From the IMG/VR virus record IMGVR_UViG_3300030104_005963: 64,000 nucleotides of DNA. One strand, given 5' to 3'. Below the pieces are notes generated by a model. It saw nothing but the letters and a program-made list of their open reading frames with translations, searched no databases and was not told the origin of the DNA. A program made the translations under genes and the position numbers. The first letter of the stretch is position 1, and each line of letters begins with the position of its first letter. This DNA is from a virus. Of this stretch, positions 16,935 to 26,136 are shown in pieces.

Positions 16935-17488
16935 CGAGATTTAATATGCACGATTCAGCAATGTGGTGGGGAAAACAATTTCTTAATAATTATTCTATAA
17001 AAGGAAAAATTTTAGAAGTTGGATCCTGTAGACAGATAAGACAATATGAATCTTATCAGAGTAAATCTACAGTTTATGAGGAAGCGTTGAGAGATCAACA
17101 ACCTAAAGATTCTGAATGGATTGGTGCTGATATTTCACCAGGACCAGGAGTAGATGTAGTTTTAAAGGATCCTCATATATTACCTTTCCCTGACGGACAT
17201 TTTGACGCATCAATAAGTTCAAGTGTTTACGAACATGTATTATTCCCTTGGGAATTATTTAAAGAACAGTGTAGATGTGTTAAAGTGGGAGGACATATCT
17301 ATATTAATGCTCCTTCGTCTGGAGATTATCATCCATATCCAATTGATGCTTGGAGATTTTATTTAGATTCTGCTCGTTCACTTCAAGGTTGGGCAGCAAA
17401 GGCAGGATATCCAGTCTTTTGTCATCATGCAAGTACAGATGCTGGTACACATTGGAATGATTTTGTTGCTGTCTACATTAGAGAATAA
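16931..17488 (+). CDS. Class I SAM-dependent methyltransferase
   Basis: ILEVGS, WIGADI...VDVV, LPFPDGHFDASISSSVYEHV and VKVGGHIYINAP. TTG start overlaps the upstream stop. Confidence 0.85.
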   Translation: MTRFNMHDSAMWWGKQFLNNYSIKGKILEVGSCRQIRQYESYQSKSTVYEEALRDQQPKDSEWIGADISPGPGVDVVLKDPHILPFPDGHFDASISSSVYEHVLFPWELFKEQCRCVKVGGHIYINAPSSGDYHPYPIDAWRFYLDSARSLQGWAAKAGYPVFCHHASTDAGTHWNDFVAVYIRE

Positions 17489-17499
17489 TTTTTAATGAC

Positions 17500-18180
17500 A
17501 TGAATTTTAAACACGTTGATATTGAACTTCCAAATCTTGAACGGGAGACAATTGATGGGGTACGATATTATAAAGTCCCCGATGAGGAAGAATTACTGCG
17601 ATTGGTTTCCATTACTTCTGTAACTAGTCACTTTAATAAAGAAATCTTTGTAAAATGGCGTAAAAAAGTTGGTAATGAAGAGGCAGATCGTGTCACAAAA
17701 GCGGCAACTGGTCGTGGTACTGACATGCATACTCTTACGGAGCATCATTTAAAAAATGAAGATTTACCTAAAGTTCGTCCTATTTCAGAGTTCTTATTTA
17801 AGATTGCTAAACCAGACTTGAATAAAATTGATAATATTCATGCTCTGGAAAGTTCCCTATATAGTAAACAACTTGGTATTGCCGGGACGGTTGATTGTAT
17901 TGCCGAATATGAAGGCGAACTAGCAATAATTGATTTCAAAACATCCAAGAAACCAAAACCACGAGAGTGGATCGACCATTATTTTGTACAGTGCATGGCA
18001 TATGGTTGTATGCTGTACGAACTGACAGGAATTTCTGTCAAAAAACTTGTAATTATTATGGCTTGCGAAAATGGAGAATGCATCGTCTATGAAGAACGAG
18101 ACAAATCAAAATACATCAAACTTCTTACCCAATACATTAGAAAGTTTGTTGCAGATAAACTGGAACTCTATGGAACCTAA
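17500..18180 (+). CDS. PD-(D/E)XK exonuclease (RecB/Cas4-like fold)
   Basis: SITSV, GTDMH, E...GTVDC...IIDFKTS and QCMAY motifs. Confidence 0.88.
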   Translation: MNFKHVDIELPNLERETIDGVRYYKVPDEEELLRLVSITSVTSHFNKEIFVKWRKKVGNEEADRVTKAATGRGTDMHTLTEHHLKNEDLPKVRPISEFLFKIAKPDLNKIDNIHALESSLYSKQLGIAGTVDCIAEYEGELAIIDFKTSKKPKPREWIDHYFVQCMAYGCMLYELTGISVKKLVIIMACENGECIVYEERDKSKYIKLLTQYIRKFVADKLELYGT

Positions 18181-18430
18181 TAAAGAATTAGAAAAAGAAA
18201 TTGAGAAAAAGTTTTTAACACCTGCAAAGTTTGCTATAGAAATAGAAAACATTGTTGCCGAAGAAAAACTCAATTATATTGATGCGATTGTTCATTATTG
18301 CGAAATCAATGAACTTGAAATAGAATCTGTGACTAAGTTAGTATCTAAACCACTGAAAGAAAAACTGAAGTGGGATGCGACTCAACTTAACTTTATGAAA
18401 AAAACATCAAGAGCAAAACTTCCTTTATGA
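18170..18430 (+). CDS. gp33: Late promoter transcription accessory protein gp33
   Basis: The likely start is ATG 18170. FAIEIENIV...NYIDAIVHYCE...SKPLKEKL; sits directly before gp59. Confidence 0.85.
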   Translation: MEPNKELEKEIEKKFLTPAKFAIEIENIVAEEKLNYIDAIVHYCEINELEIESVTKLVSKPLKEKLKWDATQLNFMKKTSRAKLPL

Positions 18431-19023
18431 CCGTGACTCCTTTTGAAACTTATCAACATTATCTGTCACTTAAAAATCATTTTACAAATCCTAAATATGA
18501 CTTCTTTCGTTATGGTGCTAAAACACGAGCTACTGTAACTTCTTTTAATAAAAGAAAGGATAAATATTGGTTTGAAAAAACTTCCCGAAAATATTCGGAT
18601 CAAGAAGTTGTTCAATTTCTTGTATCTAACTTTATTTCATCTGATAACCCACAAAACTTATGGATTGGAGAAATTATCAATTCTGGAGAAAGAAACTACG
18701 CCGAGTGGATGAAACGACAGCAGAGTTTAACTTACTTGTTCAAAGAACAAATGAACACATTGTTGTCGGAAAACGAATTAGAGAATGTCTTCAATTGCTC
18801 CAAAGGACATCCAGTAATTCTAAAAAAATATTTGGCAGGAGAAGTAAGTATTGAGAATGTCGTTATTTGTGAGAAAATTTTTTCTTTTCGTGAAAAGTTT
18901 GATAAAAAATTAGATGATCCTGTGTGGGAAACCGTCAGTCTAAAAATACAGAAGTATTTGCCATTTCTAAATATTGATGTGTTCCACTACAAAAAAATTC
19001 TGAGGAAAATAGTAGATGAGTGA
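18427..19023 (+). CDS. gp59: Loader of gp41 DNA helicase gp59
   Basis: YLSLKNHF...YDFFRYG...SFNKRKDKYWF; located between gp33 and gp32. Confidence 0.88.
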   Translation: MTVTPFETYQHYLSLKNHFTNPKYDFFRYGAKTRATVTSFNKRKDKYWFEKTSRKYSDQEVVQFLVSNFISSDNPQNLWIGEIINSGERNYAEWMKRQQSLTYLFKEQMNTLLSENELENVFNCSKGHPVILKKYLAGEVSIENVVICEKIFSFREKFDKKLDDPVWETVSLKIQKYLPFLNIDVFHYKKILRKIVDE

Positions 19024-19348
19024 GTTTTTTAATTCTGAAATTATTCAGGAAGAATTAAATAAAATTAATAATATTCAGGAAGAACTATATTCTGATGCAA
19101 CATCTTTTGGTATGATGTCTCGTAAAGAGAAATTAGAACATATTGAGATGATGGTTGAACTTCTTGAAAAACAAAAAGTTATGTATACAAGATTATCACT
19201 TTCTGAAGATCCTGAAGCTGTTGAAATGAAAGAAAATTTAAAAAAATCTGTGGTTCTGATGGGTTTTCCACCAGGAACCGATATGAATGTCTTATTTTCC
19301 ACCATGGAACAAACCGTAAAATCTCTCAGGGACTATATTGACGCCTGA
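19016..19348 (+). CDS. DUF1825-like hypothetical protein
   Basis: FFNSEIIQEEL...LLEKQKVMYTRLSLSEDPEA motif. Confidence 0.7.
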   Translation: MSEFFNSEIIQEELNKINNIQEELYSDATSFGMMSRKEKLEHIEMMVELLEKQKVMYTRLSLSEDPEAVEMKENLKKSVVLMGFPPGTDMNVLFSTMEQTVKSLRDYIDA

Positions 19349-19366
19349 GGGCAACGTTGCTATAAT
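19338..19366 (+). promoter_or_regulatory. Sigma70-type promoter of gp32
   Basis: TTGACG (19338)-17 nt-TATAAT (19361). Confidence 0.8.
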
Positions 19367-19411
19367 ATCCAAGTCAACCAAACTAATCCGACAAAATCCG
19401 AGGTAATCCTA

Positions 19412-20335
19412 ATGTCTTTTGCTGATCTTAAAAAGCAATCTAAACTTGGCTCCCTGACTGCCAAACTGGTCAAGGAAGTCGAAAAGATGAACACCACCAA
19501 CTCAGGTGATGATCGTCTCTGGAAACTGGACGTTGACAAAAGCGGCAATGGTTATGCCGTAATCCGTTTCCTCCCTGCTCCTAACGGTGAAGATCTGCCG
19601 TTTGTGAAGCTTTACTCCCATGCCTTCCAAGGTCCTGGTGGTTGGTATATCGAGAACTCTTTGACCACTCTGGGTCAGAAAGATCCCGTGTCCGAATATA
19701 ACACCATGTTGTGGAACAATGGTACAGATCTTGGTAAGGAGACTGCACGTAAGCAGAAACGTAAACTGACTTATATTAGTAACATCTATGTGGTCAAGGA
19801 TCCTGCCAATCCTGAGAATGAAGGCAAAGTGTTCCTGTATAAGTATGGTAAGAAAATCTTTGACAAACTGACTGCAGCAATGCAACCTGAGTTTGAAGAT
19901 GAAGAGGCAATTGATCCATTTGATTTCTGGCAAGGTGCCAACTTCAAACTGAAGGCAAAAAATGTTGCCGGTTATCGTAACTATGACTCTTCTGAGTTTG
20001 CACGTCAAGAACCACTTCTTGATGATGATGATGCCATGGAAGCAATCTGGAAAGGTCAGTATTCTCTACAAGAGTTTGTTGCCGCAGACCAGTTCAAAGA
20101 CTATGATGCTCTGAAGAAACGTATGGACTATGTTCTTGGTAACAAGGGCACTTCTAGTTTCCAAGATCGAGAAACTGTCGAAGAAGAAGAAAACTTCCGT
20201 CGTGAGAGTCGTGGTGAAGATTTAAATGATCTGAGTGAAGGTCGTGGTAATTCATTCAACTCTCCGGACATCACACCTTCAAATACTGAAGACGATGACG
20301 ATGCACTGAGTTACTTTGCCAAACTTGCCGAGTAA
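19412..20335 (+). CDS. gp32: Single-stranded DNA-binding protein gp32
   Basis: DDRLWKL, GNGYAVIRFLP, WYIENSLTT, YKYGKKIFDK and an acidic tail ending DDDDALSYF. Confidence 0.97.
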   Translation: MSFADLKKQSKLGSLTAKLVKEVEKMNTTNSGDDRLWKLDVDKSGNGYAVIRFLPAPNGEDLPFVKLYSHAFQGPGGWYIENSLTTLGQKDPVSEYNTMLWNNGTDLGKETARKQKRKLTYISNIYVVKDPANPENEGKVFLYKYGKKIFDKLTAAMQPEFEDEEAIDPFDFWQGANFKLKAKNVAGYRNYDSSEFARQEPLLDDDDAMEAIWKGQYSLQEFVAADQFKDYDALKKRMDYVLGNKGTSSFQDRETVEEEENFRRESRGEDLNDLSEGRGNSFNSPDITPSNTEDDDDALSYFAKLAE

Positions 20336-20340
20336 TAGAG

Positions 20341-20366
20341 AAGGAGGGTTAATACCCTCCTTTTTT
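20341..20366. terminator. Terminator between convergent gp32 and gp53
   Basis: AAGGAGGGT-taat-ACCCTCCTT followed by a T run. Confidence 0.85.
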
Positions 20367-21021
20367 ATGTGACTCTAGTATTTTCTGTTTTAATTAAAGA
20401 TTTATTAATAAACTGAGAAGACTCAGTATAAACCATTTCGTTTCTCATATCATTCAAGAATTGTTGTAGATATGATGGTTTCAAAAGATAAATGGTTTCT
20501 TTCTTTTGATTTTCTCTTGTTTCATAGACATAATTAGAAATTGTAGATATAATATCTGGTCCTGACCTTTCAATATATGTTTCTCCAGTTCTAAATCTAA
20601 TAGAATAATCTTCATCAACAACTAAACCTTTTGGCAATACTATATTGCCATCAGAATTTTTAATTTCTTTAGTTTCATAATGATGAACTCTATTAATATT
20701 TTCTAGACCATATTTACTTACGGTGTATTCATATAAGTCTCTACTTGATAATGGCCACTGGTCTCTAACATTAATAATATTTGCAGAAAGTAAGACAACC
20801 CAATCTAAATTTGATTTTCCATAGATTTCTTCTGCTATTGTATCAGGTCTTGCACCCTCTCTAATTTCGTATTTGTTGAAAAGAGTGAAGATGTTTTGAA
20901 GATCATCTCGAATCTTCATTCTACGAAAAATATTTTTTGCCTTGACATAACTAGAACTTGATATCCTAGTGGCAAATGGTGACTGATATTCTACGTCTGG
21001 AAGTTCTCTAAAATAACCCAT
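20365..21021 (-). CDS. gp53: Baseplate wedge subunit gp53
   Basis: YFRELPDVEY, ARPDTIAEEIYG...DWVVLLSANI...QWPL and VHHYET. Confidence 0.88.
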   Translation of the reverse strand: MGYFRELPDVEYQSPFATRISSSSYVKAKNIFRRMKIRDDLQNIFTLFNKYEIREGARPDTIAEEIYGKSNLDWVVLLSANIINVRDQWPLSSRDLYEYTVSKYGLENINRVHHYETKEIKNSDGNIVLPKGLVVDEDYSIRFRTGETYIERSGPDIISTISNYVYETRENQKKETIYLLKPSYLQQFLNDMRNEMVYTESSQFINKSLIKTENTRVT

Positions 21022-21956
21022 TAGAATCCTACTCCGTCTTCTTCTGTTAATGTATTATAATCTTCGGCATATATAGGGTTCAGTTCTTGGAACTGAAGTG
21101 AAAGTTGCATATGAACTGGTGTTGTATCATCATATGTTGCATAAGTTCCGGAACCTGTATAATTCACTGCCATATTCAGTAATGCCATAGGTTTAAATTT
21201 ATTCAAAAACTTATGATCATTACCTCCTGTCTTATATGAAAGTTGGAATACATCTGGAGATGATATGAATAATCCTCTAGATTCATCTTCGATATTGGAA
21301 CTGCCAGTTCCGTTCTTTTTAGCATTCATACTTCTCTTAAAAATTCGTATAATATTTTTAATCACTATACTTTCAGTTTTATCTCTCGGTGCCAAATCAA
21401 ATTGAAAGTTAAAAGATCTTAAAGTCACATTATTGAATAATAATTCCATATTTGGGTTCACTATTTGTCCGGTTTGTCTTGTGACAACTCCCTGTGCATT
21501 GACATTGGTAAATTGACCAACTGCCTTTGCCGCAATAAATGAATTTCTTATTCCTGCACTTATTCCTGTCAAATCTTCAGCGAAAGCTCCTGCCCCAGTC
21601 AAAAAACCTGCGGCAGTTTCTACAAAACCCTCGTTACTACCAATAGCTGCAGCTGAAAGACCAATACCTCTGGCGGCAAGTCCATTCAGACTATCTTCAC
21701 CCCAATTAACTGCATTGCTATCCTGAATATTTTCAGGAATTGGAAGAAAAATAGTTGCTATTGGTGTCTCTATGTTTTCTGCTACAGTATTTGAAGATGT
21801 TGGTTGCTCAAATTGACTTCCCTCAAATCCAGGCGCCTGATACTTTACAACTTTTATTTGCAAAAAATCGGTATCCTCTTCTATTTGAGAAACTGGATAT
21901 CTGAGTGGATCAACTTTTTTTTCCTGAAAGTAAGAGGTGATGGTGAGATCTGGCAT
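21021..21956 (-). CDS. gp48: Baseplate tail-tube cap gp48
   Basis: IFLPIP..IQDSNAVNW, NPNMELLF...LRSFNFQF and VNYT...L.LQFQEL. Confidence 0.85.
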   Translation of the reverse strand: MPDLTITSYFQEKKVDPLRYPVSQIEEDTDFLQIKVVKYQAPGFEGSQFEQPTSSNTVAENIETPIATIFLPIPENIQDSNAVNWGEDSLNGLAARGIGLSAAAIGSNEGFVETAAGFLTGAGAFAEDLTGISAGIRNSFIAAKAVGQFTNVNAQGVVTRQTGQIVNPNMELLFNNVTLRSFNFQFDLAPRDKTESIVIKNIIRIFKRSMNAKKNGTGSSNIEDESRGLFISSPDVFQLSYKTGGNDHKFLNKFKPMALLNMAVNYTGSGTYATYDDTTPVHMQLSLQFQELNPIYAEDYNTLTEEDGVGF

Positions 21957-21972
21957 TATTGTTTTTAGTTAT

Positions 21973-22350
21973 TTATTGGAAATTGTTGGTTTTTTTACCA
22001 AAAGGTATTTCACGAACATCTGCAAGTTCATCTGGATAGATTTCATACAAGTTTCCTTGAAGTTCTTCCCATGTATATTGACGAACTTGTCCCCAGTGAT
22101 AATTAAACCCACGAAATCCCCAACGAAAAATATCTGTCACCGCGACAAGAGGATTCTGATCATATTGTATGTTTGGTGTTTTAGGTATGTATATAAAAAT
22201 ATAATATTTTCCGACCTCAGGAATAGTTTCGTAAGAATCACTTACGGCATTCATTAATTCAATCATTAAATCATCAGGATCTTCACCACCTATTAGACCA
22301 TTTATGACACCTCTAACACGATTACTATTATCATCGGTTGGATAAATCAT
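21973..22350 (-). CDS. gp2-like (DNA end protector-like) protein
   Basis: GKYYIFIYIPKT...YDQNPLV...GFRGFNYHW resembles the gp2 core and lies next to gp4. Confidence 0.5.
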   Translation of the reverse strand: MIYPTDDNSNRVRGVINGLIGGEDPDDLMIELMNAVSDSYETIPEVGKYYIFIYIPKTPNIQYDQNPLVAVTDIFRWGFRGFNYHWGQVRQYTWEELQGNLYEIYPDELADVREIPFGKKTNNFQ

Positions 22351-22784
22351 TGACGAATACCCAAATCATCCTCTGTCATAATTTTAAATTTCCACTGACG
22401 ATCTTCACAAAACTCTTGTGCAGATTTCCACTTTGCTTGATTCTTTACATACTCTTTCACTTCATAGATATAACCTTTAGTTTTTCGTTTCGGAACTTTT
22501 GGTTCTGAAACTTGTCTTTTGGGTTTAATCTCGACCAAATACTTTTGTATTTTGTTTCCTTCTTTGACCTTTATATAAAAGTCTGGGAAGTAACGATGTA
22601 TTCTATTATCAAGAGGTGATTTATATGGAAGAGCAATTTCTTCACTACTCCATTCCAGGATATTTTCATTTTTATCACAGTAAACCATAAACTTTCTTTC
22701 CCATAAAGAACGATAAATTACGTTCGTTGGGTCACCTTTATATTTCTGAGGATAAGAAGGTTTATATTTTCCTTTATATGACAT
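22347..22784 (-). CDS. gp4: Head completion protein gp4
   Basis: YKGKYKP..PQKYKGDPTNVIYRSLWE...WSSEE...YFPDF...EIKP...NQAKW. Confidence 0.92.
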   Translation of the reverse strand: MSYKGKYKPSYPQKYKGDPTNVIYRSLWERKFMVYCDKNENILEWSSEEIALPYKSPLDNRIHRYFPDFYIKVKEGNKIQKYLVEIKPKRQVSEPKVPKRKTKGYIYEVKEYVKNQAKWKSAQEFCEDRQWKFKIMTEDDLGIRQ

Positions 22785-22826
22785 CTAAATACTTAATAAT
22801 CTAAGTCAGCATAATTTATTTAGATG
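22782..22826. promoter_or_regulatory. Divergent T4-type late promoter pair
   Basis: CATCTAAATA (22782-22791) and its reverse complement TATTTAGATG (22817-22826). Confidence 0.75.
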
Positions 22827-23555
22827 ACGGTATCAAAGAAGAGAATAACTGATTATGTTTCAACGATTGCACATGTTGCTCAGACATCTCACTATCAAGT
22901 ATTTTTTAGTGGATTAACTGGTGGACTGACAAATTTTTTGGAAACTAAAGAAGTAAATAATAGATTTATTCTTGAAGAATCTGGTCTTCGTTGTAGTAGT
23001 GCCTCTATTCCTGGTAGTTCTCTTGCCACTGCAAGTATTAATGGTAATTATATGGGTGTCCAGGAAAAAATGGTACATTCTAGAATTTTTACAGAAATGA
23101 ATCTAGAATTCTTTGTTGATCGAGACTATAAAATAATTAAATTTTTTGAATTTTGGATGGATTATATTACTAATGGATCAGAAATTGGAAACGTAAGAAA
23201 ATCTGATGCCGGATATTTTTATAGAATGAGATATCCTAGAGATCGTGATAATGGATATAAGTGTGATAAAATTAAAATTATAAAATTTGAACCAAGTCAT
23301 GGAAAAGAATTAGAATATACATTTTATGGTGCATTTCCTATAAATTTTTCATCCACACCTGTTCAGTATGGTAGTTCTGATGTTTTGAGAGCAAATGTGA
23401 CTTTTAATTATGAAAGATATATTGCCGGGAAAGAAAAAAGTATTGATGTTGCCAAACAAGAACAAATTGAATCAGTAGTTGATGATTATGGAAGAACTCT
23501 GGAAGAAGCTAGAAGAATCGTTGATGGTGGTAATGAAGTTTTAATTGGATTTTAA
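22824..23555 (+). CDS. Tail-tube-like baseplate protein (gp54/gp19 family)
   Basis: LRCSSASIPG, F..WMDYI and YTFYGAFPI...V.F.YE tube-fold pattern. Confidence 0.7.
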   Translation: MTVSKKRITDYVSTIAHVAQTSHYQVFFSGLTGGLTNFLETKEVNNRFILEESGLRCSSASIPGSSLATASINGNYMGVQEKMVHSRIFTEMNLEFFVDRDYKIIKFFEFWMDYITNGSEIGNVRKSDAGYFYRMRYPRDRDNGYKCDKIKIIKFEPSHGKELEYTFYGAFPINFSSTPVQYGSSDVLRANVTFNYERYIAGKEKSIDVAKQEQIESVVDDYGRTLEEARRIVDGGNEVLIGF

Positions 23556-23606
23556 TAATCTTGTTTATCAAACTAAATAAAAATACTGAACTTGTCATAG
23601 GATATT

Positions 23607-24329
23607 ATGCCTTTACCAAAGATTGCGACACCGACATATGAGTTGGAATTACCATCAACCGGAAAGAAAATTAGATATAGACCTTTTCTAGTTAAAGAAG
23701 AAAAGGTTCTTATTATTGCAATGGAATCTGAAGATCAAAAACAAATTACAAATGCAATTAAAACAGTAATTTCTAATTGTATTTCATCCCGTGGTGTAAA
23801 GGTAGATCAGTTATCTACTTTTGATATTGAATATCTTTTCTTAAACATCAGAGGTAAATCTGTAGGTGAACAAGTCGATGTTCTTATTACATGTCCTGAT
23901 GATGAAGAAACACAAGTTCCGGTGACAATCCCTCTTGATGATATCAAAGTTCAGAAAGATCCCGAGCATAATAAAGATATTAAACTTGATGATAAATTAA
24001 TCATGAGGATGAGATATCCTTCTATGGCAGAATTTATTAAATCTAATTTTAGTATTTCTGATGGATCTCTTGGTGTATCCGAATCATTTGATTTGATAGC
24101 ATCTTGTATTGAACAAGTTTATAGTGAAGAGGAGTCATGGAGTGCTTCTGATTGTACCAAAAAAGAACTTGTGGACTTTATTGAGCAATTAAGTTCTAAA
24201 CAATTTAAAGAAATTGAAAAATTTTTTGAAACAATGCCGAAGTTGTCTCATACAATTATTGTTATGAATCCTAAGACAAAAGTCGAAAATGAAATTGTTC
24301 TGGAAGGGTTATCATCTTTTTTCGCGTGA
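23607..24329 (+). CDS. gp26: Baseplate hub subunit gp26
   Basis: MPLPKI..PTYELELPSTGKKIRYRPFLVKEEK...FDIEYLFLNIRGKSVGE. Confidence 0.92.
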   Translation: MPLPKIATPTYELELPSTGKKIRYRPFLVKEEKVLIIAMESEDQKQITNAIKTVISNCISSRGVKVDQLSTFDIEYLFLNIRGKSVGEQVDVLITCPDDEETQVPVTIPLDDIKVQKDPEHNKDIKLDDKLIMRMRYPSMAEFIKSNFSISDGSLGVSESFDLIASCIEQVYSEEESWSASDCTKKELVDFIEQLSSKQFKEIEKFFETMPKLSHTIIVMNPKTKVENEIVLEGLSSFFA

Positions 24330-24511
24330 GTATGGCACATATTGATCTTGTGTCATACTATAAAATTAATTTTTCCTTGATGCAGCACCATAAATACTCA
24401 TTAACGGAAATAGAAAATATGATTCCGTGGGAAAAAGATGTGTATGTGGCACTTCTTCAACAATATATTGAAGAAGAAAATCTAAAACATCAGCAGCAGA
24501 ATGGTATTTAA
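24326..24511 (+). CDS. gp51: Baseplate hub assembly protein gp51
   Basis: YYKINFSLMQHHKYSLTEIENMIPWEKDVYV. Confidence 0.88.
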   Translation: MSMAHIDLVSYYKINFSLMQHHKYSLTEIENMIPWEKDVYVALLQQYIEEENLKHQQQNGI

Positions 24512-26135
24512 TAGTCAGGCATTTAAAGCACCACAATTAGGAAGAAAAAGAGTTTCTATGAAGAAAACTCTGGGTGATGCCGCTCAGTCTGGAGTAAATC
24601 CTGCTACAGGAGAATATCTTAGTTCTGGTGAAAGAAAAGCACTATTTAAAAAAAGAACTGTAAGTGCAGAAAAAGTTTTTGGAAAACCTGGAGCTCTTGT
24701 AAAAATAAACAATCTTGAGTCGATTGTAAAAACAAGTAAAGATGAAGAAAAAAAAGGTGAATCATCAACAGACACAGAATCATTAGGAACTAGAGTTTCT
24801 TCTCTTGAAAAATCTATTGTTACTATACAAGAATCGATAAAGAAACTATCAGAATTTTTAGTTGATGATGCAAAGAAAGAACAGCAGTTATTATTAAAAG
24901 GACAGAAGACAGAAGATATTACAAAAGAAAAGGAAAAAAGAAAAAGAAAAGAATTTGGATTAGAATCTGTTGCCAAAGGAATTGGTAATACTCTTCTGGC
25001 ACCAATCAAAGCAATTGGTGGTAAAGTAAAAGGTATTTTGTCTAGAGTATTAGAATTTCTTAAAATTCTTTTTATTGGTTGGTTGACTGATAAAGGAATA
25101 AAAGCTTTTAGATCTTATATGGACGGCAACAAAGAAGAATTTGAAAAAATTAGAAATAATATATTAGGAGCACTTGGTATTGTTGGGGGCATTATTGCCG
25201 GTGTTAGTGGTGGTCTGGCAGTAATTCCGGGATTAGTTTTAGGTATTATTCCTATCATTGCCAAAATTGGTGCGGCAATAGTAGGATTTTTATTATCTCC
25301 AGCCGGATTGATTGCATTGGCAGTCGCAGCAGGTGCTTTTGCAGTTAATAAAATAGATACAATAGTTCGAGGAGGTGCTGCTGGAGCAGAATATGATGAT
25401 AAAGCAAAGAAAGAAGCAGCTGAGAGTGGAATAATGATAGGAAGTGGTGGTACTGGTGTATCTCTTTTAAATAAAGATGGCACTCTGAGAGAAGTAAATG
25501 CATATGATCTTCCGGAAGGTGATCCACAAAAACTTCCAGGTCCAAGTTTAACGGGAAGAAAAGCAATTCCTGGTAAAGAAAATAGAAATGCCAGAATTAA
25601 GTTAAATTTAAAGAATCCAGCACATAGAGAATATATTAAAAAGGTTGATGGACTAGAGGCTTTTAAACGATATGATGCTGCCGAAAAATTTTATAGAACA
25701 CGAATTGCGGAAAAAGATAAAGTAAGAGCAAGCAAAAAAGAAGAGTTAGAAAAAATAAAAGAAAATAAAAATCTCACAAAAGAGGAAAGAGAAGAAAAAA
25801 GAAATAAAGTAAATTTAAAATATAAAACAGATTTGGATCAACTGTTTAAGAGGTTGACACCAGTTGATTCTACACCAACACCTACACCTACACCACCTTC
25901 AACACCCATACCAACTCCAACTCCACCAGTAACCAGTCTTGCTCAGACAAGAACAGTTCCTACAGCAGAACCAAAGAAAAAACCAACAGTAATTTTTAGA
26001 CCTAATCCTCAGGTTCAACAAAAAGAACCTGCATCTGTGACAAATGGAAATAGTGAAACTCCAAATATTTCATCATCAAATCCAAATAATTTTTATACCA
26101 TGTATTCACAAATACAATATAACGTGGTAAGATAA
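24501..26135 (+). CDS. Baseplate hub/tail-length protein (gp29-like, tentative)
   Basis: 544 aa with coiled-coil charged regions, a central hydrophobic G/A/I/L stretch and a PT-rich linker. Confidence 0.45.
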   Translation: MVFNSQAFKAPQLGRKRVSMKKTLGDAAQSGVNPATGEYLSSGERKALFKKRTVSAEKVFGKPGALVKINNLESIVKTSKDEEKKGESSTDTESLGTRVSSLEKSIVTIQESIKKLSEFLVDDAKKEQQLLLKGQKTEDITKEKEKRKRKEFGLESVAKGIGNTLLAPIKAIGGKVKGILSRVLEFLKILFIGWLTDKGIKAFRSYMDGNKEEFEKIRNNILGALGIVGGIIAGVSGGLAVIPGLVLGIIPIIAKIGAAIVGFLLSPAGLIALAVAAGAFAVNKIDTIVRGGAAGAEYDDKAKKEAAESGIMIGSGGTGVSLLNKDGTLREVNAYDLPEGDPQKLPGPSLTGRKAIPGKENRNARIKLNLKNPAHREYIKKVDGLEAFKRYDAAEKFYRTRIAEKDKVRASKKEELEKIKENKNLTKEEREEKRNKVNLKYKTDLDQLFKRLTPVDSTPTPTPTPPSTPIPTPTPPVTSLAQTRTVPTAEPKKKPTVIFRPNPQVQQKEPASVTNGNSETPNISSSNPNNFYTMYSQIQYNVVR

Positions 26136-26136
26136 G

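Noticed and set aside
18071-18169. N-terminal extension of gp33 (and similar track starts at 109, 1962, 12249, 12848, 41271, 61725 and 62231)
   Set aside because: These starts overlap upstream genes or promoters; downstream ATGs, or an upstream-open frame for 109, fit better.
17500-18180. Cas4/CRISPR interpretation of the exonuclease
   Set aside because: No Fe-S cysteine pattern was recognised and there are no other cas genes or array. It is a routine PD-(D/E)XK nuclease.
14540-20335. Introns, inteins or homing endonucleases in thyX, phoH or gp32
   Set aside because: All are uninterrupted and of normal length; no HNH, GIY-YIG or LAGLIDADG motifs were seen.
25870-25935. PT-rich repeat (STPTPTPTPPSTPIPTPTPP)
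   Set aside because: An ordinary low-complexity linker in a baseplate-region protein.
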